A stretch of 64,000 nucleotides of DNA from Eledone cirrhosa (Eukaryota). The stretch lies in NCBI GenBank assembly GCA_964016885.1, contig OZ024740.1:91698001-91762000 (forward strand), read 5' to 3'. The translations under genes were made by a program, and so were the position numbers. The first letter of the stretch is position 1; every line of letters begins with the position of its first letter. Under the pieces are notes generated by a model. The model did not search any database. It was not told where the DNA came from and worked only from the letters and a program-made list of their open reading frames with translations. This document shows, piece by piece, positions 40,130 to 56,295 of this stretch.

Positions 40130-41751
40130 AATATATCTATATCTATATATATGTATATATATATATAAATATGCGTGTGTGTTTTCGTGTGTGTCTGTAT
40201 AAGTGTGTGTGTGTTACTGTATTTTGTGGAGTGGCCGCTTTGTACTGCTAATTGTGATAATAGTAGTGATTATCACACCTTGCCAAAGGTAAAATCACTT
40301 ACATTAATGCAGTGATTAATTTCGTAAAAGTGCATTTGCAAACATTTAATTAATATAATTATACAAAAATGAAAGAAATTACCTGGGACTATAACAATTT
40401 TTAAATAGTCCTACAAGTTATAAAACAGTATGTCAAATAATTAGGTGATCTATAATTCTAAATAAAATCTAAATGCCTTTATTTCGGTTAATACTGAATT
40501 TTTTGTTCATTTCTTTTTCCTAGGGTTTGTATAATTAATTTGTTTTACATTAAGTACCTGAATTTTTTAAAGCATTAGCCTCCAAAATATTGCAGCATTA
40601 AATTCTATGGTTGGAGACTTTAATTCAATTTTCTCATAAATTCGATACTCTGCTCCAGACATTTTGTAAATAAATCCCACACATAATTAGGTACCCACAG
40701 CATCAGTGAGCACGGCTGTGTATTTTCAAGTTCTTTGTATTAGTGACTGCTAGTGCTGCCGAAGGAATTCAGGAAATACTTAGTGTTTTCGATCATTTCG
40801 GTGTAATCGACTGGCAGAATGTAGTATCCAATGTGTTAGAAAAGATCGCACTAGTTAACATACTACAACCCAAACAGATCGAGGGAAGTAATAATTCAAA
40901 CAGGTCTATTCAAAAATCCCCTAGCAAATGTAATGACTCATATAGATTATTGAACTAAAACTTGACATCAATAAGGGTTGTGATGAATTTGTACCATTCA
41001 AATTTGTATCAAAACGTACGACAGCAACCACTCTCAATATTCTGCGGTTGTAGCGAAAAAGAGCATCTCACAGCACCTTTTCAGAGGATAGATAAATTCA
41101 ATGTAAATTTTGAATATATTTATGTGACGTGGCAATGTTTTTCTATCTATTCCGTCTATGCTCTCTTTCCGTATTCATTTACTATATACCTCAGCTATCC
41201 TTATTTGGTTGAACTAAGTTTCTTATATATTTTCTCCTGTTTGAGGACTAAAACTTCTGTTTCGGGGAAAAGAAAAACCATCATTCACGTCTACAACTAT
41301 CATTTAAAGAAAAATGTGAGTGTGGCATGACCATTTCTGTCGTCGATAGTCATTCACGAAAGTTTGCTGAGATTGTTACGATTTAAGATTCTAACTGGGT
41401 TTATTTCGTCTATGTGTTTCAATGGCTGTAGTAATATATTGACACACCCGAAGTGTTGTGGTAATTTCACCAGGTATCACAAAACTGGGAATTTTTTTTA
41501 ATTATTCAATATCCATTCTAACATATTATTTTCGTTGATTTAGACTCTATTTAACAGGTGTATACCACAGTTTCGTGGTAAATTCTGCGAGCATTGTAAA
41601 ATGACGTCTTGCACCCTTGATGTGGAAATTTAAGATTAATATGTTTATGTTGAAAAGTTGCGTCTCATCATTCCCTATGGTTGTTAGAAACTTTTGAGGA
41701 GATAATAAATCAAACAGGACTGGGAACATAGCTGAAATACAGACTTTTAAC

Positions 41752-41754
41752 AGT

Positions 41755-41842
<88 letters not shown>
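41752..41842. repeat. (CAG)n(TAG)n microsatellite
   Basis: Direct inspection. Confidence 0.9.
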
Positions 41843-41949
41843 ACTCAATCCAGAAGATGTATTATTGCTGGTTTCGTAAGTTTAGTTTATTTTGAGTTTG
41901 ATGTTTATTTGCTTCAAGAGGGACATACGTATAGAACTTAAAGAAATGG

Positions 41950-43030
41950 AAGAGATATACCCCTCATTTTCAGTCAACGGTCACGTAACCTCGAATCGCT
42001 GGCCGAGATAAACGTCACCACCCTACAACCGCCAACCTAACCGATGTTACCACTAAAGACAGAAAGACCTCCATCGCCACATAACCATCCACCCCAATCC
42101 GACCACCAGCAACACCAGCAACACCACCACTACCACCCCCATAACAACACCAAGTACAAAAACATCAGAAGCTGCAACGGCTACAGTTATAACAGCAACA
42201 AAAACAACTGCAACGGAATACAGCAGCAGCAGCAGCCAAAAACGATAAAATTATATTCACAACCGTGGCTCCGAAAACTACAGAAATATTTAATCAGGAT
42301 GTAACTAGGAGAGAGCAATATTTGGCTCAGGCATCCAAATTATTAAAAGTTCATAAGATCTGGTCCAACATACATGTTCCGTCCAAGTGTGGGATTGGGG
42401 CAGCTGGAGTTGTTGTGTGGCATCCTAATCGAAACAGTACATGGAAGAGATGCGTCAGCATACGAGGTGGATGTCAGTTTGAAGGTGTTAAATACCTGGG
42501 AAATCAAGAAGGTCTGCAACATTACAAAGGAATAAAGAATAAAGATCAACACTGAAAACTGCGTGTGCTTGTAGCTCGGCACAAAGAGAAGCCATTTCAT
42601 GCCATTCAACCGCTTCGTCACAAGCTGGAAGGAATGACTGGTGACGTTCTTCGGTGTCTAATTTGGATTAAACATGCAGGTGGATCAAAACTGGGATGAC
42701 ATAACGTACAGGTTGGTCATTCTCCCCCAGAATTAGGCCAAAAGGAAGCTATACTTAAAAGGTCGGGTGAAGGTGGCTAACGCATATATCGCACCTGTCA
42801 TCTATTATCACCTGACCGTCATGTCTTTCCCCCATATAGGCTTTACCAAATTGCAGCATCTGATCTTCAATTTCTTGTGCAATTAATAGGTTCCATTGTT
42901 TACACAGTCCATATCATGCTAGTACCTTCTACGTGATGATCAAACATTGATTGAGGCTACGTCGCCTCCAGATATTCTTAAACTGTGAAAATGTGTGGTC
43001 GCCGTTTGACAGTGCAACTGCCCAGTTGAC
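41950..43030 (+). pseudogene. Decayed Tx1/L1-type LINE fragments
   Basis: Low-complexity ORF1-like tract. 'CVSIRG' region resembles the VSAYADD region of the element at 58420-63450. 'ANAYIAPVIYYHLTV' remnant. Confidence 0.5.
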
Positions 43031-43099
43031 ACTTTTAAAAATCTCTTTCTAAAATGTTCTTTCATTTCCACATGTAAAATATTCAATTCCAATATAACC

Positions 43100-44050
43100 A
43101 AATACTATAATTCACTATCTTCTGTCTCCCCTATGGCTTCTCCCGGTAGAAGCCTAAATTCAGTACATGTTGCTTTAAGCACTGTTTTCATATTAAGCAC
43201 AGAACATTTGGAGATCCCAAATTCCATAGATATTACAGCTGGACTGTTTTAACCAAAGAATATATTTGGTTTTCAGATTCCTAAACATTTTCAGGTTATC
43301 CATAAAGAAAGACTGATTTATGAATGGTCCATTATTTCTACATTTGCAACATATAGAGTTAGTTTTCTAGTTAGAAGGGCAATGACAAATATTAATGGTG
43401 AAATTGAGTTAAATTGAAAGATATATCTTTAATTTTTTACCTTTCCAATAGATACATTGTTGGACTACAATTTGGTATTCCATTCTAGCATAGTATTCAG
43501 AACATTCAATATATGCAGACATTCAACAATCCAATAATGAGAAAACATATCATATGCCTTCAGAAAGTAAAACCAGGCCATATACATATCAGTATGATGT
43601 ATTATCGATCACCAAATGATCTATGCTACATTTATATTATATATCCGTTGCTATATATTCTATATCCGTTTTGTTCTCTCTGTAGTATTCCATCCTGTAT
43701 TCGAAATGTATATCTCTTCTCCACATCTATACTATTATGTACATTCCTTATTATGTTCAGGCCTGCTATAGGACGGCAGTGTCCAATAGCTTTCCGCTGA
43801 CCTTTGAAATTTATTATAAGCGATCTTCTTCCCGTTATAAACCAAGAATGAATAGAAATATTCTGAAATATTTCAGTCAATTTGTTTACCATTTATTCAT
43901 GAAACGCATTATATCTCTTCAACCGAAGCCCATGGAGCCCTTCTGTAACAGGGCTCGTAATGTTTGGTACCTTGGCCATTGAAATATCCAATCGAAGTCA
44001 ACGATCTATTCAATAGGAAATGTCTTAACTTTCGATACTAGAAATACATT
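43100..44050 (-). pseudogene. Decayed non-LTR RT of probable restriction-like-endonuclease type (R4/NeSL-like)
   Basis: Broken frames give 'HCRPIAGLNII' and 'MYMAWFYFLKAYDMFSHYW'. Confidence 0.45.
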
Positions 44051-44755
44051 TTGCTGAAAAAGCTTGACGCGTAAAGTCGAAGACGTATGGAAAACTGAAA
44101 AATATCTGATCGCATTTTAAAATTCAATTCAATAATATAGAATACGATATTGTGAGGCATTCTTTAAAACTTTAAGACATTGTAGCATATTTCGATATTT
44201 TGAAGCCAAATATAACCGGCAACATTACAGAAATGATGAGAAGTGGAATTGTAAACATTCGTACACCTTTTTTTAAACAGTTAGATAAACATCAAAGAGA
44301 ACAAGTTCTTCAATATGTCCATTAGAACAATGAATATTTTAGCATAAATATACCTGATTCAATGTTTACTCATGCAAGACAAATGTATACTTTCAATTTA
44401 AAGCTATTAATCAGCACTTATTATGGTTTGGAAATGTTTAATTGTAGGGAATTAATATGAGAAGTTAAACAATTTAGTAGTACCCTAACATTAGAAAGAA
44501 GTGTTATCTATGAAGTAACAACACTATTCTTGAAACATTAGAATACAAATACACAGAATAAAAAATAATTAAATTATGTATATGAGTGTGAAGAAATTTC
44601 ATATATTAAGATTTTTCGAATTATTCATCATTTATGAACATATATTTATATATAAATGGAAAAAAAGAAATTTCATTTCTCACTCTTACGTACATGCACA
44701 TATGTATAAAGACGTACAGTAGTACGTATATACATACATACATGCACATATAAAT

Positions 44756-45692
<937 letters not shown>

Positions 45693-45706
45693 GAAAGAGA
45701 ATATGA

Positions 45707-45739
<33 letters not shown>

Positions 45740-45746
<7 letters not shown>

Positions 45747-46430
45747 GTATGGGTTTACCGAACATTTATTATAATCCTCGGTTTGTTTGTAATCAAACAA
45801 CCCGAATTTCTAGCCGAATAGTGTTAGGCAACCATCGTTGCCCTTTTGTTCAACACTGACAAATGAACGGTGAACTGGTTTCTAGCTTATTAGCTGTCAT
45901 TAGCACCGTATACCTTCCTGTCAGTCGATTGAACGTTTTAAAGTATATACTTTCCTTCTGCATATTAACGACTGAGTAGCCTAATTTAAATATCGAGTGA
46001 ATAGTCGGCCGGGCTTACCGAAAACGATAAATGGAAAAATGAAATTTCATTTCTCACTCTTAGTACGGCTGATACTTAAATATAAGTATGTATACGTACA
46101 TAAACATATGTATACAGACGTACAGTAGTATGTATATACATAAATACATGCACACATATATATATATATGTACGTATGGGTTTACCGAACATTTATTATA
46201 ATGTTCGGTTTGTTTGTAGACAAACAACCCGAACTTTTAGCCGTACAGTGTTCTGCAACCATCTTTGCCCTTCTGTTCCACACTTACAAACAAACCGAGC
46301 ATTATAATAAATGTTCGGTCAACCCATACGTACATATATATGTGCGCATGTATGTATGTATGTATATACATACTACTGTACGTCTGTTTACATATCTGTA
46401 TGTACGTATACATACATACTTATATTTATA
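45740..46430 (-). mobile_element. Diverged family A copy with inverted tail; HHR core mutated (CTAATGA) at 45866-45910
   Basis: Homologous to 1-1020. Minus strand: TACGGTG-CTAATGA-CAGCTAATAAGCTA-GAAA-CCAG-TT-CACCGTT. A fragment also lies at 44660-44750. Confidence 0.7.
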
Positions 46431-47471
46431 TATATTTACAACACAAATATATACGTTGTTTGCTAAGTCGAAAAGTAATACGGCATGAAAAGTGTTTCAT
46501 TATTGATGATGCAAATAATTAGGATCATTCCCTTAAAAGCGGTCGTCTCACATTTGTATATGTTCTAAAAGTATTCCTTGACCATTACAATACCTGGTGT
46601 AGGCTGCAAATTATAATTTCTTGTCTACGATTAAAAGATTGAAGCATATCGGGCATCATCATTATAACACCTTCAATGGAACAAAAATATATATTATATA
46701 CGTGTGTGCGTGTGTGTGTGTGTGTCTTTGCGTGTGCGCTAATTGTGTGTGACAGTGTGTTAATTTTTTTTTTGTGATTATCACCGTATATATATGGGGA
46801 AGCTATATACATACTTCATGAATGTGTTTAAAAATGACTGGCCGTATAATCACTGCGTATATGTATCGTTTGGTATTGTATGTATCAAAAATAAAACAAA
46901 CTTTGTGACAAACATGTATAGTCTCAAAGTCAAGGTAGACTAGTTAATTTTGAAATGAACAAACAGGTGTTACAGCTGTCATATCAAAACAATAAAACAC
47001 TCGTATAGAACCTGATGTGTCAATGTGTGTGTTTTAAAATGTGCGTTTCTACAGCTGTATTTAGACCTCAGTGTTTTAGAATTATTTTTGTTTAATGTGT
47101 AGCCTATCAGAGTGTTGGTGAGTATTGCTGTGTGGGTGTGTGAATGAGGTAGAGCAATGCATACGGTGTGAAGTGCAGATAAGTGAATGATAGATGGAAC
47201 ATTAGCTAAAAAAGGCAGGCATCTTTTCTCTCTGGGGGCTCATGGCTTGGGATCTGGTGCACAAAATGAGCCCTAGCACAGTAAGTTGACACGTGGAATG
47301 ACCGGCAGAGGTGAAATTGATTTCCGATCCGGATGACCCCTAGATGTTTAACCAATCCGTCAGTCAGTTGGTTGCCAGTTTGATCAATGTAAATATCCCG
47401 AATAGGGGGACCACCGACCGTAGACAAGGACTGTTGTAGTGCAAACATAGATCTTCCTAACATGAAAGAGA

Positions 47472-47535
<64 letters not shown>

Positions 47536-47620
47536 CACATATATATATATATATATATATATTGTCTACGGTCGTTGGTCCCCCTGTGCGGGCTATTTAT
47601 ATATATATATACATATATAC

Positions 47621-47659
<39 letters not shown>

Positions 47660-47660
<1 letters not shown>

Positions 47661-49879
47661 GGTCCTTTACACACGTACACACTTCCACCAACATCAACAC
47701 TTCTTGGCAGATCTTTGTAGACGCTGTCACATATAAATATGTACAAAACACACCCACCAAAACCTCTGAAAAAAATAAGTGCAGTATCCCACAAAACAGA
47801 AAAACAATTATCAGAAAAATAAAAAGAACAAACCAAAAAATGAACACACTAAAATACTGCCAACAGTAACACACACATTACATGGCCATCACCCTTGCTG
47901 GAGTCAAAAAAATATAACCTCCAGCAATGTATGATGACCATCATAAATAACCAGAGAATAGTTGAAGAGATGTGGTCCATTGAGAAAATAAAACTCAACC
48001 CCAAATTGTTCTTTTCATTCGCTAAAAAACACAAGGTCACCGTCTGCACTGTTGGCGCCCTAGTTGATGAAAATAGCACACTCCAGGGCAATGCCAAAAC
48101 CATGGGCAAGATACTGCAGAAACAATACTGCTCTGTTTTCAGCAACGCTGATATGGCCGCTCTGGGCCGTACCAGTGACATTAACCCCCAACACACTATA
48201 TTAGACATAACGTTTGGCGCTCCTGATGTCTTAGCGGCAATAAACCAAATTAAATACAATTCAGCAGTCGGCACCGACATGTTCACTGCTTGTGTCCTGA
48301 AGGTGTGTCGTCACCAACTTGATACTCCTGTTTCTAATCTGTGGAGGAACTCACTGGACACTGGCTATATTCCTGAAAACTTTCTGTCCCAGTCTTCAAA
48401 AAGGGAAATAAGTCACTTGCAGTGAACTATCGTCCGGTCTCACTCACCTCTCATATTATCAAGGGATTTGAGAGGGTGGTGAGATCATGACTAACCCACT
48501 TTCTTGAAAGCAACGGCCTGCTGAACTCCAACCAACATGGGTTCCGTAATGGAAGGGACTGCCTAACGCAGCTCCTGCATCATTTTGACGATGTTTGAGA
48601 GCCTTGGGAGAGGGCTCCAACACTGATGTCATCTACCTTGATTTCAGGAAGGCCTTCGACAGGGTTGCTCATAAGATTCTACTATAAAAACTATCCAATG
48701 TTGGTGTCTCTGGAAGGTTACTACAGTGGGTCAAATGTTTCCTGACAGGCAGAACCCAGCATGTTGTAGTCGAAGGAGTAGAATCAAGCCCTGCCAACGT
48801 CCGCAGTGGCGTCCCACAGGGCACTGTTTTGGGCCCACTTCTTTTTATCATCTACATTAATGACATTACTGACGTCATCTAACACAGTAACATCAGAATC
48901 TTCGCAGATGATTACAGGCTCCGAAGGGTCATCAATGAGCTGGGTGACCGGACTTGCCTTCAGTCAGACCTACTGGCTGTTATCCAATGGGCAGAGATGA
49001 ATAATTTGCTGTTGAATGAGGATAAATTTGAACTAATCAACTTTGGAAAAAAGGATGCCCTGAAACTACCATACTCTCTTGCTTAGGGTGAAACTCTGGT
49101 GGCTTCCAATAACATCAGAGACCTGGAAGTAATTGTGGACAACAATATAAGACGGGCCACTCATATAAACAGCACAGTTGATATGGCCCGCCGAATGTGT
49201 TCCAGGATTCTCAGAACTTTCGAGTCGAGATATATCCACACTGTTGTCCTTCTCATCTCCACTTTTGCCCGACCCCACATTGAATACTGTTGTCCACTGT
49301 GGTCACCCCACAGGAAACAAAGTATCATGAAAGTTGAAGCACCCCAAAGGTCAATTACAAAAAAGATAGTTGGCATGACAGGCCTTGACTATTGGGGTCG
49401 ATTAGAAAAGCTCAAACTTTATTATCTTCAACGTCGCCGTGAGCGCTACATTATTTGTATGATGTGGAAAATATCCCATCCACTTAGCCCAAAAGATATT
49501 GGCAGCATGTGTAGTGTACACGCAAGGCTTGGGCCTCGTGCTCTCCGCTCAGGACAAAAATCGCACTCGTATCACATAACAACCATACCGCAAAATTATT
49601 TCACCTCAATTGGCCCTGCACTCTTTAACATTACACCAAAACACATCAAAGCAGAGACAGACCCCATCAAGTTCAAGAAGTCTTTGGATAAATTCCTTCT
49701 AGAAATCCCGTATAAGCCTCCTACACCCGGATATGCCTCCGTAACCAATAACTCTCCGCTCGAGTGGGACATGGTGCCCAAACAGAGATTTGTAAGACTT
49801 CGCCAGGTGGTGCTATGAAGTTAGACATGGCCTGGGTCAATACTGGCCGAAACGTATCAACGTTATCAAAGTTAAAGTC
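47660..49879 (+). mobile_element. CR1-clade LINE, 5'-truncated, RT with stops and frameshifts
   Basis: NYRPVSLTS, NQHGFR, YLDFRKAFDRV, SGVPQGTVLGPLLFIIYIND, IFADD, RPHIEYCCPLWSPH. Confidence 0.9.
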
Positions 49880-49917
<38 letters not shown>

Positions 49918-49943
49918 TTATATATTTATATACATATATATTT

Positions 49944-50084
<141 letters not shown>

Positions 50085-52440
50085 TCGCGATGGGTGTCTT
50101 CTTCTTTCCACTAATCTTAGCCTATCAAAAATTGAAAAAAATAGAGCTTTCCTCAAACATTATTACAATCTTACTATAGCATTTGAAAATACTTGTAAAA
50201 TAGTCAATTTCCTAGATATAACTTTAGACTTATCTACGGGTATCTACCAATCTTACCATAAACCTAACCAAAACTTACATTACATACACTCACAATCCAA
50301 TCACCCTAGATATATCCTTAATAACCTACCATATAATATCTCACTCAGAATCTCTAACCTTTCACCTAACCAGGATGTATTCGATACAAAAGCGCCCTTT
50401 TATGACTTAGATTTAGCTAGAAGCGACCACAAAAACAAATTAGTCTATATACCTTGCACCAATAATACTTCAAACATACAACCCAATATTACCAACAAAC
50501 ACCAAATGAAAAGCCCACACCTAAATGCCACTCATACTACACCCAAAAATAACAACCTAAAACTTAATTTCTCTTCCTCTTCTCACATAAAATATAATGA
50601 CTTTCAAAAAACCATTCATCCTAATACTCCAACATGTTTTAACAACATTACTAACAAATTCCTAGAAATCAGACTAAAACACCTAAATCATTTAATCTAA
50701 CTAAACCTATATATAATAAAATCACTAATAATAACTCACTTAGTAAACATCCTGGTACATCGTATAAAAATATTTTTAAAAAATCGAAGGCGTAATAGAC
50801 GGGTTACTTGGTATAATGCTCCATTTAATCTACAAATTAAAGATAATATCCCTAAAAAAAATGTTACTATCCTAGAGAAACCCTTTCCCGCCAAACCATA
50901 AATAACATCAAATTTTAAATAGATCAACTCTCCAATTTTCCTACTCCACTACCAAAAATATACAACAAAATATAAGTGCGTACAAAGCATATAAATGTAA
51001 AAAGACCGCAAATGTACCACCAACACATCAAACCAACCAAAATAATAAATAAACCGCAACAAACCATCATCTCCTTCACGTATAACAAGTCGAGTAAATT
51101 CCACGTCAAATTTGACTAACTACTCCCCTGATATAATAATCACGAGTGGTTGTAACTGTAGAATCAAAATAAATTGCCCATTAAAGGGAATTTGTCTTAT
51201 TAATACTATTAGCACTAAGGACTCCACTTATTCATATATAGGAGCTACATCCACCCAATTTAAAGTAGGATTTAATACCCACAAACATAGTTTTATAAAT
51301 GCCGTATTAGCTAATACAACATCCTTGGCAGAAACAATTAATAATTATAGAATGAAGAATATCGATTACAACCTGATCTGGAGTGTGCTCAAAAGGGCCA
51401 CCCCTTATCAAAATAACAGATATGAACTATTTGAAATCATGAAATCTAAGGATATCCTATTAAATAAGCGACAGGAATTAATTATATCTTGCAATCATAG
51501 AATTAGAAGAACCTTCAAATATTTAAACCTAATTAATATACACCTTACACTTATATTTTACATATTATTATAATTGTTTTTTTTATTGAGTTAACCTATA
51601 ATTAGTACTTTACTACATAGAACTTCATCATTTTGTTTCCCTCTTACAGCTCTTTTCCTAAAATTAATACCTAAAAGTATACCTATGAATTAATTTAATT
51701 TCCTGTTATGAATCTAGATTCATTGTAGTTTATATAAGATTGGTATTTATTATTACTACCCTTAATCCAAAATGTTGCTTTCCTTCGTTTTTAACAACAA
51801 TCTTTAATAACATCTATTTCTTATTTATCATATTCATATGAATTAATATAAATCTATCCCTATAAGTATACCTCTCAATTAATTTAATTTATTGTTATAG
51901 ATCTAGATTCCTTGTGGTTTAAATAAGATTGGTATTTCTCTCTAATACCCTTACCCTAAAATTTTATTTTCCTTCGTTTTTAACATTATTCTTTGATAAC
52001 ATCAAATTTTCGTGTACCTTTCACTGGCTTGACCTCTTTTCATCCCCAAAGTATTCTTTTCATTCAAAGTATTCTTTTCATTCAAAACATAAGTCTGCAC
52101 TCCTCTACCCCTAAATTAAATTTCTACTACTACTATTCTATCAACTTGACCCCTAACGACTTTTCTATTGGTCAATTCAAAGCCTGTTCCCAAACAGACC
52201 TTTTATATTAAATATTTGTTGTTTTTTTTCAATAAACAAATCTCATCATTTCTGAAGACAGCATGTATAAGTGTAGGTATGTATATTTATTTTGATAGTT
52301 TGTAATATATTTACATAAATCTATATGATATACATACCAACACACATATACATCCTGGAAACGTTCGTAAAATGATGAATGTTTTAATATAAGGGACTTG
52401 TTCTTTGTTTTTGTTTCATTGTTTTTATTAATTTATACAT
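50085..52440 (+). mobile_element. PLE (YRDD type) 3' half with long 3' region ending in an HHR
   Basis: [51 protein letters not shown]. Confidence 0.8.
52243..52378 (+). ncRNA. Type I hammerhead ribozyme with ~100-nt helix II insert
   Basis: TCATCATTT-CTGAAGA-CAG.ATGTATA...TATACAT.CTG-GAAA-CGTTCG-TA-AAATGATGA, with a 9-bp perfect helix I. Confidence 0.78.
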
Positions 52441-52487
52441 AAATATATATGAAAAAGAACACAAGAGCGTCTACAACATCAACAGAT

Positions 52488-52547
52488 TTTTATTGGCTTA
52501 CAATGTTTCTTCCTTACGTAACCGTAGGATTCATCAGAGCTATAAAA
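52488..52547 (-). ncRNA. Type I hammerhead ribozyme
   Basis: TTTTATAGCT-CTGATGA-A-TCCTACG-GTTA-CGT.AGGA-A-GAAA-CATTG-TA-AGCCAATAAAA. Confidence 0.65.
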
Positions 52548-52691
52548 GGGGTTTGATTGGTGTTATGGACTCTACCAACCAAACATTCAAGAACAAAGAG
52601 TAAAGAGAGTAAAGAGCAAAAGTAGGGGACGATAAGTCTGATTTTGGTGCGGGAGGGTGGGGTGTGTTTCCTTGTTTACTAGCTGTATGTA

Positions 52692-52728
<37 letters not shown>

Positions 52729-52911
52729 AAAAAGGATGAAATCGAAAATGCAACTAGAATCTTTCAAAAATTGGTTCCTTTACCGGTTTCGCAGTCCTTG
52801 TGCTTTTAAAAAGCAGAATTGAGACGGAGAGTTTGTGGTTTTTCTCGGGGTCGATAAAATAAAGTACCGGTAATGTACTGGGTAATTGCTGGCCTTGTGC
52901 CAAAAGTAGAA

Positions 52912-53047
<136 letters not shown>

Positions 53048-54180
53048 GTATATATATATATATGTGTATATATATAATATATATGTATATGTTATGGAAT
53101 TATAATGGTACAATGTATGGCCCGTATTGGAGCATTTTAATCGAAGGGAAGTTCTATATATTATCGCAATTGTGAAATAACTAATTAGTTTCGTACACAA
53201 CGTGACCTGCCAGTTAATACTTCCAATGGACTTTTTTATTGAAGATTTGTTTTCAGATTATGTATACGACTTTGTAAGAAGCTTCATCAAAGGTTATCGA
53301 TAATTAAGGGTCGATTTAATCCTATATTCAATTTATTTGTTGCATCAGTATTTCATAGCATTATAAAATCAATGCATTTCAGAACGTTTTTATTTTATTT
53401 TCGTATGTGTTTTATTTTACGATAGTGTGAAATCCAGCATACTTTCTTTGGCAGTCTTTCAAACAATAGAAACAAATAGGTAGCTGATTATTTTTTTTTT
53501 TTTTTTTGCAAGACATTGAAAAACGTTAAGTACAATATAACATTATCGGTTTCAAAGAGAAGACAATTAATATGTACGCACGAGAAAATAACGTGCAGGT
53601 GAACAAATTGAGTAGCATCAATGTGCTTAAAAGTTTAGTTATAAAAACACACACAACTAAGTTTTTTCCATACTTAAAACTATTTTGTTTCTGATTGCAT
53701 CGAGTGATTTTTTTGTAATGTGATGAAGAAAATATTTTGAGTTTAAAACGACGTGTGTAAAAGTAAATATACGAGAAAAGACATGATATATACGAACAAA
53801 ACTAGTTAAGAAATCATGGAAACAGGTTAAGATGGTGTGTCATGTCACACTAGACTTTTTCCATTAATACAATATAGATTTTTTACAGCTAATGTCTTTT
53901 CACATTGGTATGTCTTTTATATTGAAATGATTTTATAAATTTGTTTAAAGTCTAATTAACATTTAATAAATGTGTAAATGTTAGGTTATATAATTTAGAT
54001 GCGAAAGTAACGCTTTTACTGTATTTGAAAAGTGTTAATGACACGATTCATTTAATACATTAAAAGAGGCTCACTTACATTAAATTGTTTAAGGAAGTTT
54101 ATTTTGCACTAACAATAATGTGTAATATATGTATATATATATATACATATAATTGAAATAATTATTTTCCTTTTTTTCAA

Positions 54181-54343
<163 letters not shown>

Positions 54344-54681
54344 TCTTCTCTAACTGTGCTTAACACTATAGCTAAATAATTACCGTACTCCCTCTCTCTT
54401 AAATATCTATATTTGTATGGTGAATTATTATTATTCATCTGTTGCCTTCGGTTGCCTCTCTGTGTTCACCTCCTCCTTCTTTCTCTCTACCCTTTTTCTC
54501 TCTATTTCTCTCTGTTTTTCTTTACATCCATTTCTTCTTTTTATCCGTCTTTCTTTCTAACTGTGCTTAACACTATAACTAAATATTTATAAACACTTCA
54601 CTACCAAGCCAGCTTCCTATCTTAATGGTCGCTTATATTTATGGTACGTCAAAATTATTTATAAAACTGTTTATATATTGT

Positions 54682-54746
54682 ATTTTATCTGACGAAGGCA
54701 TGCCATATTTTTTAATATGGTATCCCCGAAATATGAATAATGAAAT
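54682..54746 (+). ncRNA. Type I hammerhead ribozyme (same family as 11521)
   Basis: ATTTTAT-CTGACGA-AGGCATGCCATATT..AATATGGTATCCCC-GAAA-TATGAA-TA-ATGAAAT. Confidence 0.65.
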
Positions 54747-55067
54747 AAGTATGGTTTTATAAATATAGTTTCCATTTGTTTAATATCGTATATATATATA
54801 TATATATAGACGTTTGAAAAAAAGGAAAAGAATTACATCACTTCTGGTTTTTAAAAAAAATATGATTTAATGTTATAATATAATATTATAATATTATGGG
54901 TTTGTAGATACAACTCATTAACAAAGAACTTACTCGATCTACCAACTAACGATATTATAATATAATATTATAACATTAAACCATATAAATTTGTTAACAC
55001 CACGAGTGAAGTCATTATTTTTCTTTTTTTCAGATATACCTAACTGTACCAAGGATCTCACACATTT

Positions 55068-55157
<90 letters not shown>

Positions 55158-55380
55158 AAGAATTCATATCTAGTAACATATATATACATACGGATGCATA
55201 TCAATGTTAGCAAATATATAGGATTTGTCTTAATAACAGTGTGGTTCAATGCATGGAGTTGCAGAACAATAATATAAGAGACGTAAAATAAGAAAATTAT
55301 AAAATTAACTTACCTACTAAAATATCACTTCCAACTAATTAGTATCTGGAATGGAGTAAATATATTTTCCGAAGAATATA

Positions 55381-55520
<140 letters not shown>

Positions 55521-55613
55521 TATATACGTAGGTCCCGGGTTGAGTCGAGGATAACCACAGTAAGTAAGGTACTCAATACATGGCAGAGTAATTTTTTTTT
55601 ATTTCATAGAAGG

Positions 55614-55664
55614 AGCTTCTACAGGACTAGTACTGTTTCATTCAGATGAAATCTTCAGGAAGCT
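55614..55664 (-). ncRNA. Type I hammerhead ribozyme (solo pseudo-LTR-like context)
   Basis: AGCTTC-CTGAAGA-T-TTCA-TC-TGAA-T-GAAA-CAGTACTAGTCCTG-TA-GAAGCT. Confidence 0.72.
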
Positions 55665-56147
55665 GGGTGTCACATTAAGTTCTGGTATTTATACTTTTAG
55701 GTAGTGGTAAGGGAGGGGTGGTGGATTGGAGGCGGGGTGGGGGTGGGGTATTTAGATACATAGGACCACTTCATTGCACAGGCCGTTTTTTCTTTGGGGA
55801 GTGGTCAATTAGCCAGAGTGCTTTTTGAAATAAATAAATAAGTAAATAAATAAATAAATGAATAAATAAATAGATAAATGAATAAATAAATAAAATAAAT
55901 AAAAAATAAATAAATAAAAAAAAGTAATTCAACAAATATGTAGTAGGGAAATTTTTTAGGTGGGTTGGTAATAGAAATTAAACATTTAACAAGACCGCAT
56001 CATGGCACAGACTGGGGTGAGTGGTAAAGTTAACATACAAGCCACAGGTGGCCAGAGTGTTTTTGTAGAATGGAAAGAATAAAATATGTTTACATACTCA
56101 CAACCACATACAAAAACACTTACACACACATACATACCTATGCATAC

Positions 56148-56181
<34 letters not shown>

Positions 56182-56217
56182 GTGTGTATGTGTGTGTGCA
56201 CACCTACACATTCACAA

Positions 56218-56294
<77 letters not shown>

Positions 56295-56295
56295 A

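Noticed and set aside
40500-41750. Short ORFs, possibly a decayed LTR integrase or host exons
   Set aside because: No motif convincing enough and no supportable splice structure
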